A program made the position numbers and the translations under genes. A stretch of DNA of 63,310 nucleotides, the filler included, from Octopus bimaculoides (Eukaryota), in NCBI RefSeq assembly GCF_001194135.2. It is 8 parts of 7 records of this genome, joined end to end, with 100 filler letters (N's around TTAATTAATTAA, not from the genome) between each part and the next. Parts side by side here need not be neighbours in the genome. Positions count along the whole stretch, not along the records: positions 1 to 12,043 come from NC_068991.1; 7 more parts are not named here. One strand, written 5' to 3'. Positions 1 to 12,043 of this stretch are shown in pieces (within the stretch, counting starts at the first letter, position 1; the number at the start of each line of letters is the position of its first letter). The notes under the pieces are model-generated. The model was not told the origin of the DNA and searched no databases. It saw only the letters and a program-made list of their open reading frames with translations.

Positions 1-344
1 TAATTATTCGTTTATATTTATATAAAGGGCATTATTACAGAAAAATGATAACGCCACACAGTGGACTTCTCAAAATAACCACATTTAGTATCTAATGCGA
101 GGAAAAACAACCAACAGAAGATGGCCAACTTTCTTTTAAATAAACTTAACTGTGTATCGACTAAATTTCGTTCATCAGCACAGTATTGTCCCCCCTTTTT
201 GAATATATACACGGAATATATTCCATGTTGAATTTTTTATTCCTGTCTCCACATGGGTACCCAAAAACAACCCGGAAGTATTTCCCGCTTCTTTGATGAA
301 GATATATACAGATAAACTTCATTCCNNNNNNNNNNTATATATAC

Positions 345-2190
345 AGCTTTACATATACCTACACATGTTTCAATTGCACCGGTTAGTAACCGTTGCAATT
401 GTAACCCTATTATAATACCAGTACAGTTTCTTCAGGGTCTTTACTTTAATATCTTTCAATTTAACTGTTTAAAGTTTTTCGTTTGTCTACCCTGCGTTGT
501 ATGATATAGAGTTTTTCGTTAAGTTAGATGCGAACTATCTTTAATTCAAGTTTTGATTGGATGATCACTTATAGACCATTATTTCAAAACATTCCATTGT
601 TTAAACGTTTATTATTCATTCATACTAGGAAAATGTGAATTTCCTCATGTGCAAGCGTCTGAAAGCTTGTTCTTGTCTAGAATTTATTACTTTATCATTT
701 GATGTAAAACTTTGGTAAAATTCTTCTAAATATAGGTCACATTTTTTTGTAAGGTTTTGCAGTGCAAATTAATTCCCAATTAAGAGCATAGTCTTTGTTC
801 TGTCTTTAATAGACGAGATTAATTTACTAAGACTTGTTTGGAATTTTTTTATTTTTATCTCTAAATGAACTCAAATGATTTGCCAATCTCCTCTTGAAAA
901 TTAGTGATGACGCACCGATGTAAAAGTATTCTTTACCCTCAGATGTAACTTTACATCTATGTATTACATTTCTATTCTTATACTAGTTTTTTACATAACA
1001 GGATTCCCGTTTAGAACAATTGCAAAGATATCTTTCTATATTTCTCTCAGATTTAGTTTTAATTTGATCATTCATGGTAAAATCAAATTCATTTCCATCA
1101 AGTTTTTCATCATTATTTACTCATTTAGTTAACATTATCGTTGTTCTATTTCGAGCTGAATTTTTATTCGATTCTACGTTATAAACTATGTTAATTTTGG
1201 TTGTTTCCCTTTCAGCGACTTTTAAATTGTTGGTGTTCTCTTCTATTTGAGTTTCTTTATTCCGTTTGATATTATATCATTCTGAATATTTACTATGCTA
1301 CCCTGATTATAATAGCTTTTTTGAAATTTCGATATTACAAATAGAAGAGAACACCAACAATTTAAAAGTCGCTGAAAGGGAAACAACCAAAATTAACATA
1401 GTTTATAACGTAGAATCGAATAAAAATTCAGCTCGAAATAGAACAACCATAATGTTAACTAAATGAGCAAATAATGATGAAAAACTTGATGGAAATGAAT
1501 TTGATTTTACTTTTACGTTATGAGTTGCTATAATTTGTGCTATATTTCTACTGTTACAATAAGCCATACGGATTTTATGTTTATTAGAATTTTTATATTT
1601 AGGATTCATTGGAAATTGTTTTTTTCATTTGCTATATTGATTAATTTGGAAAAATTATAATTTACTTGTTTACCAAATGGAATACTTAACCATAAAATAT
1701 TTTTCGAGTTAGAATCATAATCTTAATATTTATACCAGTTTTTCGAAGGAGTAGCTGGTTTTATATTAAAATAATTCGAGATTCTATTAGAGACTACTAC
1801 ATCCTCATGTCTATTAGCAGTACGAGAATTTTTTATAATCGTTTTATAATTGTTTGAATTTTTATAATCGTTCATTTGATTATTTTCTCTATTAAAATCG
1901 TCTACTCTTGTTATTTTATTATTAACTTCTATATTTGAATTTAAATTTCCATTACTATCTTTCTTATAATTAGATTTATTTATAGTACTAGATTTTAGAT
2001 TTGCCTTATTAAAACCGCTGTTTAAATCAGAATTCAACTTATTAAACTTTATTTTATCATTATATCCCGCCTTCATAAGTGATAAGTTATAGTAGTCTTC
2101 ATTTAGTTTGAAAATACTTTCATTAGCTGATAAGTTAATTATTCTTGTCGAGATCTATATATACATAAATTTGTAGTGTAATATATGGAT
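345..2190 (-). mobile_element. Penelope-like retroelement, 5'-truncated and decayed (RT thumb, Asn-rich linker, GIY-YIG endonuclease, 3' tail)
   Basis: Minus-strand translation gives ISTRIINLSANESIFKLNEDYYNLSLMKAGY (RT thumb) and SKNILWLSIPFGKQV...KIRMAYCNSRNIAQIIATHN (PLE IIWFNPPF block). It continues with CNCSKRESC...IHRCKVTSEGKEYFYIGASSLIFKRRLANHLSSF and CDLYLEEF...RKFTFS* (stop 625-627). Stops and frameshifts are present. Confidence 0.85.
357..438 (-). ncRNA. Hammerhead-like motif with an atypical long stem II region in the PLE 3' tail
   Basis: Minus strand reads ACC-CTGAAGA-28 nt-hairpin AATTGCAACGGTT/act/AACCGGTGCAATT-GAAAC-ATGT-GTA|GGT. The core is intact, stem I is 3 bp, and the 28-nt insert is unexplained. 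Confidence 0.35.
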
Positions 2191-2336
2191 TCATAGAATC
2201 ATGTGGTTATTACAGAAAGCCCCTCTCGTGGACTCGGCTAACAAACAACATAGTAATACAATACAGAGTAGTATAATTCAGAAATCTATACAGCAGAAAT
2301 CCAGCAGTTCCGATCGATGAAGCAATTTCATGAGGA

Positions 2337-2734
2337 GTATAACCATAAAATATTTGGAGATATGAGAGGTGAATATATTTATTTAACCAATTGTTATCCT
2401 TGGAGATACGGCTGTTTCGCAGCCTTCATCGTATAATAATAATTTCAGTGTATAGTAAATTATATTTACACGTCTGCACTAATATGCATGCTACACATTA
2501 CACAATACACTTGTATAGTCGCAAATCAATGCAGCTAACTTCCTTTATCTGCACTGATTTGTGAATATACAACTGTATTGTGTATGCGTAGCATGCATGG
2601 CATGTAAGTGTAATTTATTATACACTGACATTATTATTTCCTGAAGAAGGCTGCGAAACGGTTGTAATCTAAAGGATAAGAGATTAGATAAATATATTCA
2701 CCTCTCATACGTCCTGACATTTTATGGTCTATAC
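2337..2734. repeat. Long inverted repeat (foldback), arms 2337-2533 and 2550-2734, 16-nt spacer; PLE-LTR-like
   Basis: The reverse complement of the left arm aligns along its length with the right arm (shared blocks such as ataaatatattcacctctcata, aaggctgcgaaac, tatacactga, attttatggt). Identity is roughly 80% by eye. Confidence 0.85.
2637..2672 (+). ncRNA. Minimal hammerhead-like motif
   Basis: CTGAAGA-A-G-gctg-C-GAAAC-GGTT-GTA at 2641-2666. Stem II is 1 bp and stem III is quasi-palindromic, as in minimal PLE hammerheads. Stem I is not convincing. Confidence 0.45.
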
Positions 2735-3783
2735 ACATATAAACATATACGTATGTATCTGTACCTATCTATATGTGTGTGCGTGTTTAACTGTTGATTA
2801 GACTGGCTTACCAACAATACAAAAAAACATCAAAAAATTATTTTACTTCTGCTCTATTGAATGTCATTTACATTGCTCGTAGTACTACGTGATCCGAATG
2901 CAGTTACTGATGCATATGATCACAATTTATTCAAATTCATAGATAACGAAGTGAAATATAAAACGCAAAACAAAATAGTCATTTGGCCACTTGTGGGTAA
3001 TAAAGAGATAAAAACAAAATAGTCATCTACACTGAGTTAAATTCCACCTTCTTCAACTTTGGCTGTCACCTTCGTGGGTTAATAAATTTATGTACAAGTC
3101 AAATTACTGAGCAATTTTAACCGACTATACTCAAATTATAAACGTTGTTCTCACGTTCCTATGTTAACCTGACTTTTAATATTTTGTTGATATGTAACCT
3201 AAGACTAGATTTTCAAGCGTTCCCACCAAAATATACGGGTTTTGTGGTGGGGGGGGGCTTTTGTTAAAATTTATAATTGTTCTTCTCGAATAATGCTTTA
3301 TTTTTTGTTTTTGTATATATTAATGAATTTTTCGTTATTTTTACCTATATATGAAAGAGTGTTTGTTTCTAATACATACTCATTTGGACATTTAGAAGTT
3401 TAAAATTACAGCCGCATATTGAAACAAATGGGGTGATGTAAGCAGAAGCGTCGCCAAGTTCTAATCTTAGAGTAAACAAATACATAAAAAAAAGCGCCAT
3501 GATACATACCAAAAAATTTTCTATTCATACGTTTTATAGAATGCACCAATTTTGAAAAATGTGTTCGTGGACACCAATCATTACCCTATTAGCCACGTCA
3601 TTGTTACGTACAGTATGAATATAGCTAGATAGATAGAGAGAGAGAGAAACTTAAAGAGAGATATATGATGTTTGTACACATATATGTACATTTTTATTTA
3701 TTCATATGTATACACATTCATACCTGTATATCTACATCTCTCTATATAGGTAAATGTGTGTGTGTAATATACATATTTATACA

Positions 3784-3821
<38 letters not shown>

Positions 3822-5099
3822 NNNNNNNNNNNNNNNNNNNNNNNNNNNNNNNNNNNNNNNNNNNNNNNNNNNNNNNNNNNNNNNNNNNNNNNNNNNNNNN
3901 NNNNNNNNNNNNNNNNNNNNNNNNNNNNNNNNNNNATATATATAAATCAAGGATATAAAAATCCTCTTAGAGGGAATCAGTATCCGCGTTCCCCGGTTTT
4001 ATCCAGTGTATCAGTGAAAAACCGAAGATGTTAGCTTCGCATTGATGAATATGGCTATATTACTGTTTATGTATGAAGAAAGCAGACGGAAAAATTGAGA
4101 TATAGATATCAATTTATTAGAACATATTTAATTTGAAACAAAATAAAACTCATACCACCTACAATTGTTTCCATGCCCGATTAATTCAATTTGAGAAATT
4201 AAATTAATTAAAATTTCCTATTGAATATAGCTAATTGGACATTTGGTCAGGGGAAGAACTTGATAGAAAAGATCTACATTCCAATGTGTTGGTAGATCCT
4301 TGATAGATTCAGATATGTGTGTGTTTTTCCATCCAATGTATTAAAAAAAACCATTACTTATGCATATGTATATGCAAATTTGTTTAATACATTTGTGCGC
4401 GCGCGTATGTAATGTGTTGAAAACCAAAAGTGGCTGTTAGCTTAAACGATATTTCGATACTATTACTTTAACTAGAAGCTAAAAACATTATTCTTCATTT
4501 ACATTATAACTTGTGATAGATCGAAATGTCAGTATTTAATCACTTAAGAAAGTTATTATGTCACCTAGTTGCAATCTCTAGTAATTATAGTTAAATAATA
4601 AATTATACCCATCATTTTTAATTAAAGCAATAGCCACATATATGTAATAGTTTTTATGTATTTGTACATTTGTGTATTAATGTGTTGATGTGTTAATGTG
4701 AAAGCTACGAGATGACGAATCAAAACTGCTTACTATTTACCATAGCTGAATATTATATCATCAACATCTGTGCACAATATATTTATCTATATAGCAGTGA
4801 GAATAGATACAAATTATCTTCATTGAGGAAAGCATTAAAGTTAACAAATCAAAATAATAAGATATTAAACCCATTATTAAATTAATACATAGATTTTTTA
4901 ACTTAATATTACTTATTATTGTTTTAAATAATAATAATCACAAATTCCTAAGATACGTACTTAAATTAAGGACCCAGTAACCTTTATATAATTCAGTTTA
5001 CTTGTAAATAAAACCTTGTATTCATAATTACTATTTATTTCATATTTTAATATTAATATATCTACTAAGAATTATCTAATCTTTTTAGTTATAAATGTT

Positions 5100-6510
5100 A
5101 GTATATTAATCCTGAGATACCCACCTAATATATAGTCCTAGTAACCTTTACATTATATTTAATGGTAGTTTTTGAAAACATATTTACAGGAGTGAACACA
5201 GGATAACCCAGCCACGTTTCTGATGTTGAGGAGTCTACGTCTAGAATTTAAGATTTGGAATAACTCTTCCACACAGAGAAAACAATAGGCATTTCCAATA
5301 TTTTATAGGCACCAGCCCTGCTTATTATTTCCCACTCCACAGTAAACATTTTATTCGTGTCCTTCAAGTCCCAAATAAATTTGCAAAGGTTAGTATAAGA
5401 CGACTTATCTCTATTATTAAAGGTGTAATTGTGGTTGGCGAAACGTTTAGCGATATAGTTTTCCGTTGAACCGATGTAAAAGAAATTCTTACCTTCAGTT
5501 TTCACTTTACATCTATATAGTAGGTTTTTTTTACAATAATTATAAACTGAACAGTTATTTCTAACTTTGCAATCACAATATATATTTTTATTTCTATTCT
5601 ATATTTCTATTTTGATTTCTATCATTACTGTCAGTATAGTTGTTTACAGTGGTATTGGTATTCCTCAGGTTAAGATAGAATTCAACGTGGGCTGTTTCCC
5701 CTTGTATATTAGATGATTTATTTATATACTCTTCATTTGTTAGAGTATTATTATTGTTGCATTTGATCGGGTAATTATTGTTATAAGAGTTTGATAATTT
5801 CCTCTCGTTAAGGGAAGAAATAATTTGGGACATATTTTTTTAAACAGAAAAGGTCACACGGAGAAAACTGGCGTTAATTACATCAAAATAACTATTTTCT
5901 TTAGTAAAATGTTTAGAAAATAGTTTATATAAACATCCAATCAATTTATTTTTAATCTGCTTCGCGAATGGAATAATGAACCAAATAATTTTGCTCTTAT
6001 CAGAAGTTACACCACAGTTTACAAATTTTTGAACCTTATTGTATATATGTATATAGGATGTGTCGTTTTATTCTATTATTACTATTAGAAATTTTGTGAG
6101 CATTATCCGACGTTCGAAGCAATAAATTGGTTTTCATATTTTGCATATCATTGTTATCAATTGGACGTTTATTTTTATTGTTTCTATCTTTATTCCTATT
6201 TCGTCTTGGTCCTTTAAAATTATCGCTGCCGTAAATAACTCTAATGTTATTAGAGTAAATGTGGTCCACATTTTGTGCATAATACTTTAACTTCTGCTTA
6301 CACCCAGGTTTTACTGAATGACATGTTATAATGGTCTGCGTTTTTGTTAAAATATATCCTTACTAGAAGATAGATTAGATATTCTTCTATAAATATTGTA
6401 AACTACAAAATGTTTGATAGAATTGGGATGATTACTTCCAATATTTATATATTTCAGATTGGATTTTGGCTTGTGAAACGGTTTATAGTTGTCAGTAATG
6501 AGGCTTTCTT
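5100..6510 (-). mobile_element. Penelope-like retroelement, decayed, 5' end lost in gap
   Basis: YKPFHKPKSNLKYINIGSNHPNSIKHFVVYNIYRRISNLSSSKDIF (RT C-terminal part) and SKIIWFIIPFAKQIK. Then YCDCKVRNNC...LLYRCKVKTEGKNFFYIGSTENYIAKRFANH...VEWEIISRA (GIY-YIG; ORF 5248-5505). Confidence 0.85.
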
Positions 6511-7207
6511 TTCTCATACATAAACAATNNNNNNNNNNNNNNNNNNNNNNNNNNNNNNNNNNNNNNNNNNNNNNNNNNNNNNNNNNNNNNNNNNNNNNNN
6601 NNNNNNNNNNNNNNNNNNNNNNNNNNNNNNNNNNNNNNNNNNNNNNNNNNNNNNNNNNNNNNNNNNNNNNNNNNNNNNNNNNNNNNNNNNNNNNNNNNNN
6701 NNNNNNNNNNNNNNNNNNNNNNNNNNNTATATATATATACATATATATATATATTATGTGCTCGTGCATGAAGTGTTGGAGAGGAGTCAATGAGATTAAC
6801 AGAGGAATGGTTGTAAACATGTGTTTAGAAAGAAAAAGGCACGAAATAGAGGGACATGGCAAGATAATTCGAAGAGATCTGATACTGAGTTGAAGAAATT
6901 GTAAAGAAGAATGCTCTATATAGATGGTAGTTAAAGTTATTGTATAAATAAATCAATTAATAAGTTAAAGTAAATGAATTAAAAAGCTAAATCATAATAA
7001 AGAAATAGCAGCAAGTTATTTAGTAAAAGTTATGGAGAAGAAAATAATTCATCAAGCACTTCGCTTGAGTGAAAGCATTTTCTCTTGAGTGAAAGAACTA
7101 TAATTTCAGTTTTTAAATACACAGTAGATTATTTGTCAACGATAGTAATTATTTGTGTTTGTTTATACTGGTTTCAAATTTTGCCACGAAGCCAGCAATT
7201 ACGGAGA

Positions 7208-7294
7208 AAGGGTTACGTCGTGTGCATCAGCCCCACTGCTCAACTGGTACTTGTTTTATCAACCCGGAAAGGATGAAAGGCGAAGTCGACTTCA
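7208..7294 (-). mobile_element. SINE fragment (family A body) in the presumptive 3' UTR of the SLC22-like gene
   Basis: Matches the body of the full copy at 60520-60750 (actggtactt...ggatgaaaggc.aag.cgac). Confidence 0.6.
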
Positions 7295-7389
7295 CACCAA
7301 CATAACAATAATATTCTGTATTCTTAATGAATTTAATCTTGCCGATTCCAATCTCCCTAATTCCTATGATTATCTTATTACGATTCATT

Positions 7390-7563
7390 TTATATTTTGT
7401 TTAGCTTCTTCATTTTATGTTCCTGTCCCATTCTGTTAACTTCTTCGATTGTCTGCGGTAAAACACGGTTTCCTGTTTCCGGTAAAAATACTCGAATAAT
7501 AATTGAGGAAGCTACGCATGCGAATCCTATAATAATACCAGGAGCCCATGGAAAAGCCAAAGC
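7390..7563 (-). CDS. SLC22-family (organic ion/MFS) transporter, terminal coding exon (TM12 and C-tail)
   Basis: Acceptor ttttttttattcacag|, phase 0. Translates ALAFPWAPGIIIGFACVASSIIIRVFLPETGNRVLPQTIEEVNRMGQEHKMKKLNKI*, containing the SLC22 signature LPET..LP.TIEE. Stop TAA at 7390-7392. Confidence 0.9.
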   Translation of the reverse strand, partial: ALAFPWAPGIIIGFACVASSIIIRVFLPETGNRVLPQTIEEVNRMGQEHKMKKLNKI

Positions 7564-7809
7564 CTGTGAATAAAAAAAATGAGTGTATAAGTGAAATTGT
7601 TTAAAATAACCACATTGAAGGAGAGACGGAGATCATGGTGAAGATGAGGAAGTTGAACAATTCCACCCTAATACTGGTTTCATGGCCAACAGTGAAGGAC
7701 AAGTTACAAGAAATGGTCAATTTCGGTTATTCCCCTCCATATAAAAGGAGTCAACCAATCAAGAGAGTGACTTACTCCGAGAAATGTAGAAAAAGTAGTT
7801 GCAGTAGAG

Positions 7810-8122
7810 CAGTAGTTCTCAACCATTTTTGGCCTATGGGCCCCTTTTGAATGCGATTTTACTTAGATGGACTTCCATAGCCATTCGATGTTTATAAAAT
7901 TCTATTGTATTTTTACAATTCAGTTTTATTAGAACTTGTATCGAAAATTGTTAAAATATCTTGTACTTTGTGGACGTATAACCAATTTATTGCACATAAA
8001 CTTTACTAGTCAGAAGCACAGTTTTTTCATAACCTCTGAAAAATTACCGTGGACGCCTATTGTAGTATATTGCATTTGTGGACTCCCAAAAATTTTATAT
8101 AGACCTCGGTTGAGAACCCTTA
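7810..8122. mobile_element. hAT-type MITE (313 bp) in the SLC22-like intron
   Basis: 15-bp TIRs CAGTAGTTCTCAACC (7810-7824) and GGTTGAGAACCCTTA (8108-8122). 8-bp TSD CAGTAGAG (7802-7809) and CAGTAGAA (8123-8130). Confidence 0.75.
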
Positions 8123-10036
8123 CAGTAGAAGAAATTAACCATTTTTTTAGAACAAAAATGTTACTTTTGCAGAAGAATGATTTCAGCTTGGAAAACATTG
8201 ATGTAATAAAAACAGTAAAATAAAGTGGTTGCAGAAGAGGGAGAGAGCAGTTCACTGTAGAGAAGGAAGAATGATTTTGAGAGAGAAGACTGGTATGTTC
8301 AACAAAAGAAAACGAAGGAACCATGCATTTAAAGTATCATTAAAACTGAGCAGTAATATTCCTTGTACGAACTGTATAACGGCTCTTCATTATATACCGA
8401 ACTTTGACATTTAATATTACTCAAATATAGGTAAATTGTTTAAACATTTTCTGCTATAACAGACATAGATATATATATATTTATATCATGCATTCATGAA
8501 AAAATAGCCTCTCTGGACACTTGAGCTGACGTCTATCAGGTCAATCACAGGCTCTCTGCATTGTAATGCTGAAACTAACAGAAGGCATTTGTATTCTCAC
8601 TTTCCATACGCTAGTATTCTTCATCTGAGACAATTCCATTTACAGGTTCAAGCCGTTTATTCTGTATGTTGAAAACTGAGAGCAGGAATCTTCTTTCCGG
8701 TGTGTAGGTTTTACCATTAGGAAGTAGCGTATGCAAGCGCGAATGCACTAGAACATACACAATGATATACTTCATATTGTAATAGAATAATTCTGGCTTC
8801 CTGTATCTTATCTGAATTTTGCTAAGTATTTTAATTGCAGCAACTTGAATCTAACGGGAGTAAGCCGTTGACGAATTTTTAACAATCATAACTGAACTGA
8901 GCTGACTAATTATGCTGTAGGAAGCATTTATCTAAGCGACAACGTGTATGCCATTTTCTACTTTGTATTGGATCATCCCATAAATAATGCGGTATTTTTT
9001 ATACTTTTTTTTATTTTTCAAAATTAAGATTAAAAAAATTCTTTTTTAACCTGAAATATACTCTCCTTCATTTTTTACAATGTTCTTCCATCTATCTGGT
9101 AGACTTGCAAGGATTCTCTTCGAAAATTCACTTGNNNNNNNNNNNNNNNNNNNNNNNNNNNNNNNNNNNNNNNNNNNNNNNNNNNNNNNNNNNNNNNNNN
9201 NNNNNNNNNNNNNNNNNNNNNNNNNNNNNNNNNNNNNNNNNNNNNNNNNNNNNNNNNNNNNNNNNNNNNNNNNNNNNNNNNNNNNNNNNNNNNNNNNNNN
9301 NNNNNNNNNNNNNNNNNNNNNNNNNNNNNNNNNNNNNNNNNNNNNNNNNNNNNNNNNNNNNNNNNNNNNNNNNNNNNNNNNNNNNNNNNNNNNNNNNNNN
9401 NNNNNNNNNNNNNNNNNNNNNNNNNNNNNNNNNNNNNNNNNNNNNNNNNNNNNNNNNNNNNNNNNNNNNNNNNNNNNNNNNNNNNNNNNNNNNNNNNNNN
9501 NNNNNNNNNNNNNNNNNNNNNNNNNNNNNNNNNNNNNNNNNNNNNNNNNNNNNNNNNNNNNNNNNNNNNNNNNNNNNNNNNNNNNNNNNNNNNNNNNNNN
9601 NNNNNNNNNNNNNNNNNNNNNNNNNNNNNNNNNNNNNNNNNNNNNNNNNNNNNNNNNNNNNNNNNNNNNNNNNNNNNNNNNNNNNNNNNNNNNNNNNNNN
9701 NNNNNNNNNNNNNNNNNNNNNNNNNNNNNNNNNNNNNNNNNNNNNNNNNNNNNNNNNNNNNNNNNNNNNNNNNNNNNNNNNNNNNNNNNNNNNNNNNNNN
9801 NNNNNNNNNNNNNNNNNNNNNNNNNNNNNNNNNNNNNNNNNNNNNNNNNNNNNNNNNNNNNNNNNNNNNNNNNNNNNNNNNNNNNNNNNNNNNNNNNNNN
9901 NNNNNNNNNNNNNNNNNNNNNNNNNNNNNNNNNNNNNNNNNNNNNNNNNNNNNNNNNNNNNNNNNNNNNNNNNNNNNNNNNNNNNNNNNNNNNNNNNNNN
10001 NNNNNNNNNNNNNNNNNNNNNNNNNNNNNNNNNNNN

Positions 10037-10094
<58 letters not shown>

Positions 10095-10272
10095 TGTGTG
10101 TTTGTGTGTGTGTTAAATGTAGTCTGCTGCGTCAATCGCGATCATTAATATAGAAGAAAAGCGATTTATTCCGAAAAATATCATCGATGTAAAAAAAAAG
10201 TATACTTTAATAATCGAGTTTATTAAGAGCTAGGGCATCAATTAAGATTCAATAGGATAATTGTTCACTTAC

Positions 10273-10345
10273 CAATAGTTTGAAGAATGGCGCTGCTGTG
10301 CAAACAATCCGCATGAAAGTCGTGGCAAGACCATTTCCAGCGCTT
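10273..10345 (-). CDS. SLC22-family transporter, internal exon (TM11)
   Basis: ...taactatag|A AGC...TTG|gtaagt, 73 nt, phase 2 to phase 0. Translates (R)SAGNGLATTFMRIVCTAAPFFKLL and joins both neighbouring exons in frame. Confidence 0.9.
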
Positions 10346-10834
10346 CTATAGTTACAAGATATTTACAATTAGAATCAATACTTAGAATGAATGCATAAAG
10401 CAATATCACGTAGAATCATATAGGTGAGATGGTTATAGGATGTTAACTGTTACCTTTACAGCATATTATTCTATTAATTTATGCTCAAACGCTGTCACTT
10501 CATTATCTTTTACTGGTTATAATCATTTTATTTTAACCTTACTGGTTCATCATCTTCCATTATTCTACATGTTGTTTTTCTTGTTAGATAGGGTAATAAG
10601 AATTGTGTTCGGTATCATTTAACAGAATCATTAAGATTGGTAGAGTACAAATCGGAAGAAGCTAAAAAAGCAATAGAATACCATAGAATGCAGCTTAACC
10701 AGTTAGGGAGTTATCTCTCCTCAAACCGGAGATTTGGTCTGAATGTTTGCAATAAAATGAACTTTGTCCAAGACACAAAGAAATCTGGTGTTCGAGTGGG
10801 CGATGGATTAAGTACATAACCTAAAAACACTCAC

Positions 10835-10965
10835 AGACGTTTCTACAGAGTTCCACAGAGTTTCCGTTCACTCTGGACATTGGTAGAAGATACATGCCCA
10901 AGGTGCAGTACCGGGGAATTCAACCAAGGAGTCATATATTTGAGAGGTAAACTACTTCAGCGCAG
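10835..10965 (-). mobile_element. Degenerate SINE (family B head and body)
   Basis: gtagaagatacatgcccaaggtgc...tcaaccaaggagtcatat resembles the family B copies at 53120-53530 and 56261-56675. Confidence 0.45.
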
Positions 10966-11403
10966 GACAATTCTTTTACTGGTACTATATTGAATCACTA
11001 CTGGAAGGTTGAAAAGTGTCGTTGATTCGGATGGAATTTTAACTCGGAAAGGTCGACGAATATAACTGCATACAATATTTTAGCAATTCATTTCATGGTT
11101 TTTGATGAGAATCTTGTTTCATCAAAGGTATTCAATAACTACAAGTTAACCACATAAATATTACATGTTTAATTAGAACTATTTCAGCGCAGGACAATTC
11201 TTTTACTGGTACTATATTGAATCACTACTGGAAGGTTGAAAAGTGTCGTTGATTCGGATGGAATTTTAACTCGGAAAGGTCGACGAATATAACTGCATAC
11301 AATATTTTAGCAATTCATTTCATGGTTTTTGATGAGAATCTTGTTTCATCAAAGGTATTCAATAACTACAAGTTAACCACATAAATATTACATGTTTAAT
11401 TAG
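10950..11403. repeat. 227-bp tandem duplication (10950-11176, 11177-11403)
   Basis: The two copies are identical except one C/T difference near the start. Confidence 0.9.
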
Positions 11404-11736
11404 AAACAACCACTATGTATTAAGATCAGTATAGCATTTTAAATCTATATTTAAAATACTATATTGAAAGCGCCAACAGCACCAACAGCATTTGTATGTG
11501 CGTGAGTGTGTGCATGTGTGCAGGCGCTTCCTCTCCCCTGCTCTCCCTTTTTCTCTATCTCTCTCTATTTCTATCCGTTTATTTGTCTATCTATCTATCT
11601 CTAGCTCTCTCTTCTTCTTGTATAAATATTATTATTAGTGTCCATCACCAACATGCTTCTGTGCATTCAGTCATACAAAAGAAACGTAGGCTTGATATAA
11701 TTTTAACAAAAACGTTCATTATTAAAGACAACTGAC

Positions 11737-11857
11737 CGTATTTCCGTAGGAAACAATTCCGAGGTGTAGATATAGTCACCATTAACAGCAGCACTCAGTC
11801 CAGAAATGGCCAAAATATACAATGCCAGAACAATGTAATCCAGTGTTTGGCTGTCCT
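11737..11857 (-). CDS. SLC22-family transporter, internal exon (TM10)
   Basis: gttctgttcttctag|AG GAC...ATA CG|gtcagt, 121 nt, phase 1 to phase 2. Translates (x)DSQTLDYIVLALYILAISGLSAAVNGDYIYTSELFPTEI(R), with the MFS/SLC22 YxYTxELFPTxxR motif and the family's phase-2 intron in the Arg codon. Confidence 0.9.
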
Positions 11858-12010
11858 CTAGAAGAACAGAACGTATCACAGTTGAAATAAGTTTTCATAC
11901 ATTGCACAAGTGATAAACAACGTGTATGTGTGTGTGTGTGTGTCTCTCTCTGTGTATTTCTATTACTATGTCAGTGTATACGTATATACACATACTATGT
12001 ATGTGTGTAC

Positions 12011-12043
<33 letters not shown>

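Noticed and set aside
166-178. CTGATGA-AC-GAAA on the minus strand (ultra-minimal hammerhead)
   Set aside because: No stem II, and stem I needs a 4-nt bulge; about one such match is expected by chance in this much sequence.
1723-2076. 117-aa Asn-rich ORF as an independent gene
   Set aside because: It lies in frame between the PLE RT thumb and the IIWF block, so it is the element's low-complexity linker; the same applies to 5594-5833 and 6036-6269.
9080-10153. Long ORFs made of X, IYIY, CVCV, THTH, poly-Ile, poly-Asn or poly-Phe throughout the ORF track
   Set aside because: They are read-through of N gaps and microsatellites.
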